Below are positions 24,938 to 35,150 of a stretch of DNA of 64,000 nucleotides, in pieces. The notes beneath the pieces were generated by a model. It did not search any database, was not told the DNA's origin, and was given only the letters and a program-made list of their open reading frames with translations. The position numbers were made by a program, and so were the translations under genes. This DNA is from Lingula anatina (Eukaryota; Animalia; Brachiopoda), in the NCBI GenBank assembly GCA_051362555.1, contig CM120642.1:30070001-30134000 (forward strand). Reading direction: 5' to 3'. How positions within the stretch are numbered: position 1 is the stretch's first letter; each line of letters starts with the position of its first letter.

Positions 24938-27900
24938 TGTCTTTACATGAACGCGTAGATAAAAAGATCTACAGTTGATTGAGTATTTGAATGATTAATT
25001 GTTTTAAATAATTCATCATTCCTTAATTTGTTTATTCACTTAGATCTATTCTTTTATTTGCAAGTTGCTATGAAAATATTATCAATTTATTACAGGTATG
25101 ATGCCCCCAGAGAGCAGCACAGACTATGACCTGCAGCTTGTGCAGACTGTGAGAGGATTGACTGACCTGAGGAAAGACATGTCAGCAGGTAAAAATGTGC
25201 TGTTGTCTCAACCAGCTTGGCACAACTAACACATTCACATCCTTGTACAACAATTTCAACAGTTTTAATTAGTGTTTGCCCTAATAAGTAAGGGCATGGT
25301 AAAAGCATTATTATTTTCTCAGCAGGTGTGTTATTCAAATAGAACACCCATAACTATGCAATGACATGTATTTTTGGCAATTGGAATGTTAATATGTTGA
25401 GTTTGTTTTCAGATATCTTTATCTCATATTGTGCGAAAGATGTTCCAAAGAAAAGCGAGAAACGTGTGGCCCCAGTGGATGTCTGCAGAGACTTGGAAGA
25501 GGCAGGATATAGATGGTGGGTTAAGATAATTCGTTTTTCCTTTTAAATTTCATGATCATTTTGATTTTAAGATTATTATTGAAATTCTGTTTCATGTTTT
25601 GGTATTAAGATCATTAAAAATTCCACTAGGTATTAAAAACTTATAGTCACATGGTTTGCTAACTCTGTTAACCAATCCATTTGTTCCACAAATAGTGTTT
25701 TTTTTTCAATCACCAAAATAACAGTCATTGTGCAATGGCCATTTGCATGGTTTCCAGTTGGATGGCACAGTGATTGGTACCTATATAGACCAGTTGAGAG
25801 CTAACCACTTTATTTTTTCTCTTTTTTTTCTTTAGCTGGTTCCAGGAGGACCCCAGTTCCCAGAGCCTCGAGGTTACGGCCATTGCTCTACGAGATGCCC
25901 GGGTGTTCCTGGCCTGTATATCTGACAACTATATTGAAGACCAAGACTGCTGTGCAATGTTCAAGTATGCCTGCACCACACTCAGGAAGAGCATTGTGCT
26001 GGTTGTGCTAGGGGATAGCATGAACTGGCAGACCAGTCAGATTGGATTATTGGTTGCAGGAGAGGTAGGTTATGGAAGTGTGTTAGGTGTGACCGTTGAA
26101 ATGTGTGAGGTGTGACAGTGCAAATTGTGTCAGAATGTTAAAGGGATAATAACTCTTCGTTTCGGCCAAAAAAAAATTATTTTCCTGGAGTAAACAACAA
26201 TTTTCCCATACTTACCAATGGTTAATGAAGCCATATTTACATTCAAAGTAAGTCCCTGTTTTTTTCTCAAAAGTTTTTTTTTTTTTTTTTGTTAAAATCT
26301 CTTAAGAGATTTTAACAGAGTATAGACATCAATGGAGGTCACGTGGTCTAAAGACAAGCTCAGATATCAGAATAATAGCTATAACTGCCGTTTTTGTGGT
26401 AAAACAGAATATATTATATTTCTATGAGTTATTCACAATGTTTTTATTGTGAAATATAGACCTCATACGAAGAGTTATTATCCCTTTAAGTGTGACATTG
26501 AAAAAAATATCAGCTGTCTGTTTATTAGTGTTAAATAAGTATACATGTAAAATTTATGCAGTGCACAACACATTACTGGCAGTACGAAGCAGTATTAGAC
26601 TATGTATTATTTTTCAATAACTTGATGCAGAAAACCATTAGTGTTTTTTACACTGTCAGAATGACAAATTTTACAAATTTTAGTATTTTGTACTTTGATA
26701 ACTTTTTTGTCCCTTTTACTATATTTTGACTCTGTATCCCAAATGCATTTAAATGAACTCTCAATCTTTTGTTGTTCTAGGTTTATGTGAATATGCAGCA
26801 GAAGGACAAGTACACATCCAAGCTGGAAGAACTGGCAAAGAAACTGGATATGAACACACTTTTAAAGAAAGACGAAGCCATTGATTACCCACCAGTGTTC
26901 ATCAGCTATGCTTGGGCCAACTCTGCTCGTGCTGTTGAGTTAGGGACCCCAGAGAAAGAGGGTGCTGCAGGCTTTGGTGATCCAAGAGACTACAAAGACT
27001 TCCTGGAGAAGAATGGGATCAAGTGCTGGCTTGATGTTGAACAAGTTGGAGCTGTAAGTGTTATTGCAGTTATTCAGCTTACAAACTGTCGCAAATTGCT
27101 CTGTCACACCTAACACACTGGAACATTCTGTACTGTCACATCTAACACACTGACTTTCTGAACTATTTGTCATTCTTTTATTAAGCTAATCATTTAATTT
27201 ATCCATTCATATTATTAGGTAAGATGATGAATCACACATTTATAACATATATATAAGTTATAACTCAAAGAACACTCATTTTTCACCTTCAGAATGGTCT
27301 GTTTGAAGACATAGCAGTGGGTCTCCAGAATGCCAAACTGGTGGTGGCCTGTATATCTGATCAGTATGCTGAGTCCACCAACTGTAATATGGAGTTCCGC
27401 TTTGCCAAGACTGCCCTGAACCTGCCCATTATTGTGGTGACGGTGGGCAGGGGACAGATGTGGAGGAAGTCTGAGGTGAGTGTTGTCCTGCTTGTGTTCT
27501 CATATCTGATAGGTTTCTGTATGACATCCATTGGTTGAAGTTTTCAGGATTGTGTCTGATTTCAGGATTTTTAGTCTTCATTTTGATCTTTTTTTTTTTC
27601 ATTTAGTCTAAGTACAATAAGAAATTGCAAGGTATGTTTTGGGGATTTTCAGTTTTAATACCTTTCACCTGTGATTATTTATGACACCATATCCACCATA
27701 TAACAATGATCATCATAATGTATTGTTACAATTATTATCCTCCTTTTTATCCTTTTTAAACACACTGTTGCTCTGAACATCACACATGGTTATTTTTTTA
27801 ATATAAGGTTGGAATACCAGTGACATCATTTCTTCCTATTTTCTTACAACTGAAAACAATGTCATACTTTATAACATAATGTTTACATGTACCTAATTAC

Positions 27901-30900
27901 AGGTGGGCATGTTGTCCATTAACTACCCAGTGGTCAGCCATGATGATACTGACCAGCTGCTGAAGCTTGTCAAGGAAAATTTACCAAGTGAGGTACAGCA
28001 ACCAGTCTCCAATGAGACCAAGGAGAAGAAGAAGGAGAAGGAACAGGCCAACCAACAACAGAAGAATACATCTTTCCAGGTAGAAAAGACGCACTTTGCC
28101 TGTGTTTTTTAGCCAAATGTCTGCAGTTTTGCAGAGAAAACCACAATATGTCACAAATTAATGCTGAAAATACCAATTTAAGCTGCTATTTACTACATTT
28201 CTGAATCATTTCTGATGTACTTCTTTTCCTTTCATAGGAACTGTATGAACTTGCCCAGAGAAAGTTCTTACGTCAGGTTGCCAAACTTGCTGACTCATTC
28301 AACATGGAGGCATACCCACGGCTAGTGGTCATAGATCATATGGACACAGAGGAAACAGAAGAGGGTAAAATAGTTGAACAAGAATAGGAGCATTGTCTTT
28401 ACACAAAGATTTTAAGATTATTACAGTTCAATGACTTGTCTGGCAATCTTTAGCTGGTGCTGCTAAAAAAATTATGTGAATACGAGTGCCAAATGTTATT
28501 CAATTTAACCAAAAATATCTAAGTTTTCTTTCCCTTTTGAATTTTGATTCTGTGTTTTTGAACAGGAGAAAAAGAATCTGAGAAAGAAAACAGCAAAGAT
28601 GCAGAGAAAGATGAGGAGAAAGAAAAAGATGAAGAAAGGAAACTTTCCACACCTCACGCCTTCAGTAAAATAAAGAAAGATCACCCACATGGACAGAAGC
28701 ATTGTTATCGGGTGCTGTGTGAACATGAACAGGTATGTTGGTTAATACAGGTGCTATAATGTTACTGTGTTGGTTCTGAAACATCTCACTAGAAGAGATT
28801 TAGTTGATTCAATGACGAAATTATGGAATTTTAGTCTTTTTTATACATCACCCCCTTTGCTTGTATCTTTTTGTAATAAAAGAAAGTTTTGGTAGGCTGT
28901 TTTTTAACCCCAGCATAATAGAAACTTTGCTTTATGTTGAAACATTTTGAAATTAAAGCAAATTCAAAGAATTGAGTTTCCAAGAAATTGCAAAATGTCT
29001 TCAATATTTAAAATACATTGGGCAGTCCAAATATTAAGTGTTTTACTACTTTATTTGAAAAATTTGTGAAACTGAAACAATTGAGTACACATTGCATGCA
29101 AGGAATTGGCTTTTGAGAGATTAGTGAAAACCAGCATGTACTCCATGAATTTGATTTTTTTTCTATGAAGGCCTGGCATACTACTGGAGACAGCTTATAT
29201 ACCCTAATATGATTGATACCTTAATTTACCTGAATGTACAAAGTGGAGGATTTGTCATCATAAATAATTAGTTCAGTTGAGATGCTGGCATATTGTATTG
29301 TTGGTGATTTGGTAGATGCTCTGTATGCTACCCTTTTGCACATATTGATTATTTATATCCCCACTTAGTTTAATGACAGGCTATAGTCCATGAGCCAAAT
29401 TGAAAAGAGCTTTATTTAAGGATTTGGCTGCACCCCCCCCCCCCCCCCCCCCCCCCTTAAGGCAAAGGTTTTATGATTGATTCATGTAGTTTAGAACCTG
29501 AATTTTTTTTATATTTCTGCTTGTTTCTGGATTTAAAAAAAAGAATATCACATATTAGTGATCTTTGCCATATGGTACTGTCATGCACAATGTACAGTGT
29601 ATATTATCCATAATTTGAATTGACTTTTTGATTTCAGGGCTGGCATGTTGCTGGTGATCCCATACCTGCTCCAAACATGAATGATACATTCCTGCACAAG
29701 TTGATTCCATATCTGGCTCGCATCATGGCCATTGTGAAGCACAGCAAGCACATTACACTGAACTGCATCAGTGGAGAGGAGGGAGAGCAGTTCCTCAAAT
29801 GGCTGGAAGAGGTAGGATGGAAGACAGTGCACAGGCCTGTAACCAGAGGGTGGGGGGGTGAACAAACTGCCCTTTTTTGCCTAGAAAAGTAAATTTTTAT
29901 CTAGGCACACAGATCTCATGGTAAAAGGTCCACTTTTTCTGAAAAAAGACCCCAACCTCCCCCTTGAAATTCCTGGCTACGGGCCTATGATTAACTCAAA
30001 CATGCGGTTGATGATTACAAACTCTAAACCAAGAAGTTTGAAAAAGACTGATTATTTTACATATGTAATTTAAGATCATTTCTAGTCAAGTTTTAATTGG
30101 TAACCTTGTACAGGCTGACCTTTGAACTTCAAAAGTTAAAGAAGCTTTACCGGGACTTGTGTCCAGTTCCAAACATACATATACAAATAAAAATCAAAAC
30201 ATTTTACCCAAGTTATCTCTGAATTAAATCATGCAAGATGCCTTTTTGTAGTAAAAAGATGTTTGGTATTTCAGACACCTAGAAATGCTGTATCAGAGTG
30301 GCAGGATGTCTACAGAGATCTCCTCCAGGAAGTATTGAAAGCTGATAAAGACAGCACAATGGCAGGTCTGGCAAGGTGAGAGAATTCCCCCTAAGTCTTA
30401 CAGTCTCATGGTTTGTTCACTAGATGACACTTGGTGTAGTGTGTGGAAGATGTTCAGAATTTTTCACAAGCAAGATAAGCGTAGCATTAAAAAGAGTCAT
30501 CTTTAAAGTTAAGTTACATTTATGTCTTGTCATTACTCTGTGTAATATAGATTACATCTTTTTTTCTAGATACTTTCTACATTAGCATTTTAATTAGATT
30601 CCACCCTCAGACTTCATATTTTTAATTTTCCAGATGTCACCTGCCTAGTGGTAAAGTAGCCTGGCTGTGTGAAGGGCACCGTTCTCAAGGTCGCATCACC
30701 GTCCTTAGCTCCACTGGCAGCTCAGCTGTGTCAGCGCCAGATGCTGGGAAAGAGAACTTTATGTTGAAAGCATTAATGGCTCCTGACAACCAGCTGACAC
30801 TTAAGTACAAGGCACACAATGAGACACAGATGGCAGGTGAGCTTAGCTTGAAGTGCACTGTGGCAGAATTGTGTTATTCTGTAATGTGAGTTGTCATTGT

Positions 30901-31490
30901 GTTAGTTGTGACATGGTTGAGCCAAGATTGTGTGCTATTCATGTTGTGTTAGGTGTGACTGTTAGCAATTAAATTTACTTAGGGTTCTTGTATTTTGTTA
31001 CCTGGGTAAGATTGTGATTACAGGTTCATTTTTATTTTCTAACTATGAATAGTTTCTATAAAACATGACTATTTAATTTTTTTAAGAAGTTATAGATTTT
31101 AAGTAGGGTAATTTGGTAAAAATACTGACAAAATTGACCTTTTTAGTCAGTAATAAAGATATATCGCAAATTTAACATATTCAAATTAAAAATCAATGTC
31201 GTAATACTCACATCTCTTTCATTTCAGCTGCAATGAAAGACAAAAAGAAGGCAGAGACAACACAGAAACCCAAGTCAGGTAAAACCTCTCGTCCCTCAGA
31301 GACAGGACCTCCCAGTGTCAACCCATTGGTGGCAGCTACGGCGAATGCCATGACACTTGACGCTGTGCAGAAGACAGCAGCAGCAGGCAACAACAGCCAG
31401 AGAACTAAGGCCAGATTCAAGGCTGCGGGCATTGCGGCTGCAGTAGCTGGTCAGAAGAGAAACTCCAGCCAAACTTGTGTTATTTTATAG
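125..31490 (+). CDS. Giant multi-exon ROCO-family protein (LRR-pseudoROC-COR ... LRR-EF-ROC-COR-TIR-TIR-CTD-CaaX), 5' end outside window
   Basis: Manually spliced exons, all AG/GT except one GC donor, phases consistent, total 9098 nt (2 nt + 3032 codons incl. stop): 125-220, 450-547, 931-1081, 1854-1918, 4108-4354, 4668-4900, 5491-5619, 5922-6061, 6481-6607, 6929-7240, 7442-7582, 7771-7875, 8398-8501, 9057-9169, 9494-9658, 10091-10281, 10698-10854, 11101-11269, 11521-11596, 11969-12216, 12901-13066, 13307-13447, 13723-13852, 14138-14248, 14468-14557, 14808-14878, 15175-15265, 15587-15664, 16092-16217, 16726-16901, 17473-17529, 17853-17978, 18288-19016, 19386-19506, 19763-20114, 20423-20594, 20831-21067, 21571-21677, 21993-22077, 22638-22784, 23163-23426, 23639-23733, 24075-24222, 24735-24852, 25096-25188, 25413-25515, 25836-26064, 26781-27053, 27293-27475, 27903-28079, 28238-28364, 28566-28732, 29638-29811, 30275-30375, 30634-30836, 31228-31490 (TAG). 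Confidence 0.88.
931..4354 (+). CDS. ROCO gene: N-terminal cysteine-containing (F-box/AMN1-type) LRRs
   Basis: Spliced IDCSGCRYLTDEGILRMVHTFKYLKEVVLDACPLLTEMSLLYL ... LKHVNLEGCPL matches the LxLxxCxxLTD cysteine-containing LRR consensus. Confidence 0.75.
1131..1198. repeat. (TAT)n microsatellite
   Basis: Direct reading; source of poly-Tyr in the ORF track. Confidence 0.95.
2313..2935. repeat. Tandem array of 161-bp units (about 3.8 copies)
   Basis: Unit starts ccgataacacgataagtggaaaaccatttt at 2313, 2474 and 2635; a diverged fourth copy starts near 2796. Confidence 0.92.
3335..4030. repeat. Tandem duplication of about 355 bp (2 copies)
   Basis: ggcattttcaag..gtgacttt..aagttccatg at about 3338 and 3692; ccctattttgggcactgct and gcagtctgtttggta recur at the same spacing. 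Confidence 0.88.
4403..4475. repeat. (GAAT)n microsatellite
   Basis: Direct reading. Confidence 0.9.
4668..10854 (+). CDS. ROCO gene: first, degenerate ROC-COR module
   Basis: Aligns by eye to the second module: HLFLSESNLIVIPF vs HQFFLSDRAVYLLLW; AIERMCKQGQCLYF..PVIIDFSWL vs AVQFLHELGSLQHF..HVVINPQWI; IPLGFF vs LPAGLF; LWQNG vs IWKRG; TPCPH vs MPCPD. No GxxxxGK[ST] or DxxG motif. Confidence 0.7.
5328..5435. mobile_element. Small MITE-like element
   Basis: Perfect 15-bp terminal inverted repeat tacccaactaccaga/tctggtagttgggta with TA ends. Confidence 0.6.
7882..8114. mobile_element. MITE family A copy
   Basis: Ends taagggcttattccca...tgggaatgaccctta; core cctggc.ttga.tagaatacagaaaagctg shared with copies near 8600, 22375 and 33682. 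Confidence 0.65.
9902..10038. repeat. Imperfect foldback/MITE remnant
   Basis: gactaactaatccgcaggtcagatgtggctgaccc is inverted-complementary to gggtagccatatttgatcctcagactagttagtc; outer arms gccacatttaca/tgtgaatgtggc. Confidence 0.55.
10870..10924. repeat. (ATTT)n microsatellite
   Basis: Direct reading. Confidence 0.92.
11707..11905. repeat. Intronic tandem duplication, about 111-bp period
   Basis: caaagttacatttag...ttcagataattcaactta...ttctcatgagaatat at 11707 and 11818. Confidence 0.8.
14675..14740. repeat. (TA)n microsatellite
   Basis: Direct reading. Confidence 0.95.
16413..16540. mobile_element. MITE family B partial copy
   Basis: cttagggtgcattcccagagatttaga...tagatcgacctaactccctggggg...gtcagccgagcg matches 22110-22331. 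Confidence 0.6.
16985..17148. mobile_element. MITE family C copy (CAGGGGCGGAT-type ends)
   Basis: Reverse-complement match to 24261-24426; both give a spurious KWRMDQQR translation in the ORF track. Confidence 0.7.
18288..20040 (+). CDS. ROCO gene: second LRR array with EF-hand insertion
   Basis: Typical LxxLxLxxNxLxxLP repeats in exons 18288-19016 and 19763-20040; exon 19386-19506 encodes FFDEDSNGLLDEKEI. Confidence 0.92.
20070..24852 (+). CDS. ROCO gene: intact ROC GTPase and COR domain
   Basis: KLMLVGLGGVGKTSL (P-loop), TDGIDI (switch I), VWDFAGQTVYYNTHQFFLS (switch II), PILVVGTHLD (G4), FVSS (G5); COR motifs FLHELG, INPQW, LVPCLLP, YLPAGLF. Confidence 0.96.
21089..21172. repeat. 19-bp minisatellite (gggtgagacacattgtgtt)
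   Basis: About three near-perfect units plus a degenerate one. Confidence 0.8.
22110..22534. mobile_element. Adjacent or nested MITE family B (22110-22331) and family A (22370-22534) sequences
   Basis: Family B end tctaaaagctctgggaatacagcctaag; family A core ccctggtgttgagtagaatacagagaagctg and end tgggaatgggacctta. Confidence 0.6.
24261..24426. mobile_element. MITE family C copy, inverted relative to the 16985 copy
   Basis: Begins caggggcggatcc, ends aaatccacccga; a further partial copy lies at about 35408-35481. Confidence 0.7.
25413..27990 (+). CDS. ROCO gene: two tandem TIR (TIR_2-type) domains
   Basis: TIR1: DIFISYC...LEEAGYRCWF...ARVFLACISDNY. TIR2: VFISYAW...LEKNGIKCWLD...GLFEDIAVGLQNAKLVVACISDQYAESTNCNMEFRFA...LPIIVV. 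Confidence 0.9.
29832..29987. mobile_element. MITE with CAGGCCCGTAGCCAG-type ends
   Basis: caggcctgtaaccag ... ctggctacgggccta. Confidence 0.6.
31476..31490 (+). other. C-terminal CaaX prenylation motif (CVIL*)
   Basis: tgt gtt att tta tag ends the final exon, after the basic stretch QKRNSSQT. Confidence 0.8.
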
Positions 31491-32052
31491 AGAGAGGATG
31501 GTTTGAAGTGACAGTTTGTTGTAATGATGAAACCTAAGTTTGGATGCTAACATGTATTTCTTTGGCAGTCCCAATATTATTTGCAGGCCATGCAGAGATC
31601 TATTCAAGGGTTATTTTTTATATTTTATATTATATTTTTTTATATTTATTTATATAATTATTTTATTACAGGGAGTCATGCTGTTCACGGTTTCCAGGCA
31701 GTCGTGCATTTTGTCACAATGCATTATTTTATGTTTTACAGCAATTCCAAACATTGGTTGTAACTAGAAATGTACAACAGCTGGGTGTGGACTATGTATA
31801 TTTTTATAGTCTGTACACATCTGCAGTAGATCCAATTAAATATGTAATTCTGGATATACATATTTAAATTAGTCTATGTCGAAGGAGATTTTAAACTGAT
31901 TCAGAGATTTTTGGTACATAAGAGGCTTAGAAATGTTCAGATGCTACAGTTATTGAACAAGGTGTATGAATGGTCAAAATTCTTGTGATTCAAAAATTTT
32001 TATTACCTTTGGGGACATTTCATATATTACATACTCTTCATATACAGGTGTG

Positions 32053-32842
32053 AATAAACATTCCATCCATTAAAAAACATAGGTCTCTTCTCTGTGATAC
32101 AGTGCATTTTTGCATTCAGATTATCTTTTATATTATAGCATGAATTATAGATGATTCCCACTTTTTATATGTACTTTGCTTTTTAGAAGTGATTTTGTAT
32201 TTTATCATCATATTACTATGTATGCCTCCTGTTTTACAAATATTATAGATTTCAGAAATTTCTGTGATATTTTGTCTGCATTGATTTGATAACAATCAAA
32301 AGTCATTGAATACTCATTTTGCATTGGTTATTATAGATTTTTGTCTTTTGTGGTAGACCACATATTATTAAAGGAGAACACTTACTAATACTTGGTTTAG
32401 ATTAGTTTCGTGTGTCTAAACAATACTTCTGAATTATTAATAAAACTGATTTTAACATGAGGATGTGGAATTTGATGATAAATATGTGCCATGTTGTATG
32501 TGTGTATAGCTGTATGAGATTGTGCGTTCAGCTATATAGTAACAGGTAGTATTTCTATTGTGATGCTAATTATTTTATTAAAGTGGAAAGCTAAGATGGG
32601 TGTTTAGACTCAGAAGAGGCTGTGATGAAGATAGTGCACAGGGTACAACTTGTTTCAGCTCCCTGGAGCTTTATTGTATATAATCTCTGTTTACATCAGG
32701 GTCGACTTTAAACCATAAATTGACTAAACTGCATCAAATCGTGCCATCATAAGATCAGGTTACATACAGTACAAACCGTTTGGGACCGTGTTTTTTGAAA
32801 ATGCCTTATTGAGTGGTATAATTGTCTTTTCACGTCAATAAA
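32053..32842 (+). terminator. Candidate polyadenylation signals of the ROCO gene
   Basis: AATAAA at about 32053, 32439 and 32837 in an AT-rich 3' UTR; the site actually used cannot be determined. Confidence 0.4.
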
Positions 32843-33681
32843 TCTATTTCTTTTCTACACTCGTCTTTTATTGTGTTAAATTTGATACTTGCTGATATCC
32901 TAATGGACTGGGTATCCTTAGTGGGAGAGTGCTCCATTATCAGTGTGGGAGGCCGTGGGTTTGCTACTTAGGAAAGGTCACACCAGGCTGCTTGAAAGAG
33001 TTGATTTCGGATAGATAAAAGAAGGAAAGACGCCTTGGAGGGGTGCTATCATTATCACATTATTGGGTAATGATACACTGGCACAAGTACATGTAAATCC
33101 ACTGTCTGCTTTATGTTTTATTCCATCAGCTTGCCACGTCTTAAGACAATGCCAGAAGGCTGTGGGTACTGGGCTTTTCATCCCTTACTTCAACGTTAAA
33201 ACGCGGCTTGCTTTGTTAGGAAAATATCGCAACATAATGATGACCTTTATTCATGTATCGTTATTATTTAACTCACCACATTTGCATAAAATAAATCCAA
33301 GGCCAGGAAAAAAGATTAGCAGTTTATTTAAGTAAAAATAATAATAAACGTATGTAGCGCTGTTTTGTATCACTTAATATTAAATTTTGTATTTTAATAT
33401 GATTGTCGCTGCAGAATTTGGTAAGGTTCAAATGTACTTTTTTTACTGATACTTTAATGTTATTCATAAACCGCCTTTGATCCGTAAAAGTAGATAATAT
33501 CGTTCCATCCATTTAGACCCACAGTAAACTAAAACATTGCCATATTTTTATCATAAACGGTCGCATTCTGGTTACGAGTTGCTTAAGTAAAGATAGATAC
33601 AGTTATTCTTCTCTTTAAATGTCTTTTAAACATGTCTTTGCTAGAGCGTTTCTAAACCTCAATTCAACAGTGCATTATCAG

Positions 33682-34018
33682 TAAGGCCCCATTCCCATTG
33701 ACACCACCAGTCTACGTGGATCGATCTAACTTTGCAGGAATTCTCGTTGATTGCAATCAACTTAACAGATTGAGACACCTCCTCCTGGCGTTGAGTAGAA
33801 TACAGAAAAGCTGTAGATTATACAAGTACGCTGGAAACAGGACGAGCTGTCTTAGTCTGCTTATCTGATGTACAGAGTCCCAACTCAGTTGGATCGATCT
33901 CAGGGGCGGATCTGGGATTATTTGAGGGGGAGGGCGGGGGGGGGGGGGGTCAGGACCCCCTAAGTCTGCCAAGGAATCTACACGTAGGACGATGGTGTCT
34001 ATGTGGGAATGGGGTCTT
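33682..34018. mobile_element. MITE family A copy interrupted by a short CAGGGGCGGATC-type insertion (33901-33971)
   Basis: Ends aaggccccattccca/tgggaatggggtctt; internal ggatcgatct is broken by caggggcggatctggg...taagtctgcc. Confidence 0.65.
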
Positions 34019-35150
34019 CATATAGCTTTTATTAACTACATCGTATTTACAAATTATCTTTTCAGAACTTGAAACACATCACTAACTGGACGTCTTTGGG
34101 TCCATAATCGATTAAAATGTTGCATCTTATGAGTCAAGACGTACCTTGTTGTTTATAGAACTCCCGACGAAAAGCACCAGCTCAGTACTGCACTTATAGT
34201 ATCATCTTTTCATTAATTAAATTAAAATACTACAAACTACTATATACCGCATGCAACAGATTGCCCACGCACAGATACCTGTAGAAACGGATATCAAAGG
34301 CTTTAAAAAATACTTCTGTAGTAGGTATACCTATCTAAACATTACAGTATACACGCTGCACTAGTAGCCTACCCTGTTTTGGGTTATATTGTCCGTTTTC
34401 TGATATCCTTCTGGATAACAAATGGTATAATAATATCACGGTTTTCAGATACATTTGTCTTTATAAGCATGAACTACTGTATTGTAGTTTTTACATAAAT
34501 TTACCCACCGGATCTTTTACAAGCATGAATACTAGATGAAAAACACAATTTTAGTTCATATTTAAAACAAAGCTAACGATTATGTCCAAAAAGCAAAACA
34601 AATTAAAAATCATATGTTATACCTAATCGGTATAATACCAAAAACTGATCGTTTGCAATTACAATATTAGATTCTTCAAGCTTTAAGTTATTGCCACTTC
34701 AACATTTCAAAGTCTAACAATTCTAAATGTTTAAAAATCACGTTTTAAGAGAATTAGGCTAAGCATGGGTGTTCTTGGTGTTGTATTGTGCATGTGTAGT
34801 AGCCTCAACCTGAGGAATGCTATAATCTCTCCTCCCCGCCCTTGTTAGACACTGATATTTTGCAGTGGTAACAACTCCCACTTTTAAATCACAAATTCAA
34901 ATAAACCAAGCTGTGGTAAGCACTATGTCAGATAATTGCTTTTATCGATGACAGTACCGTACTTTGCATTTAACCTAAAATCGCAGAAATCAAGTCTCAA
35001 ATATACGAGTTCATGTAATAGTAGGCCTACACGAGTTTTATTTCACATCTGACCTTGAATTTTTTGAATACCTATTGGATCTCCATAACCCTATAAAATG
35101 CCCGCAGGTGTATTTATTTGTTACCACAAGCTCCCAGTTTTCTCTCTTCG

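Noticed and set aside
18288-31490. Calling the ROCO gene LRRK1/LRRK2, MFHAS1 or DAPK1
   Set aside because: No kinase, WD40 or death domain seen; it ends in TIR-TIR, C-terminal domain and CaaX, so no gene symbol is assigned.
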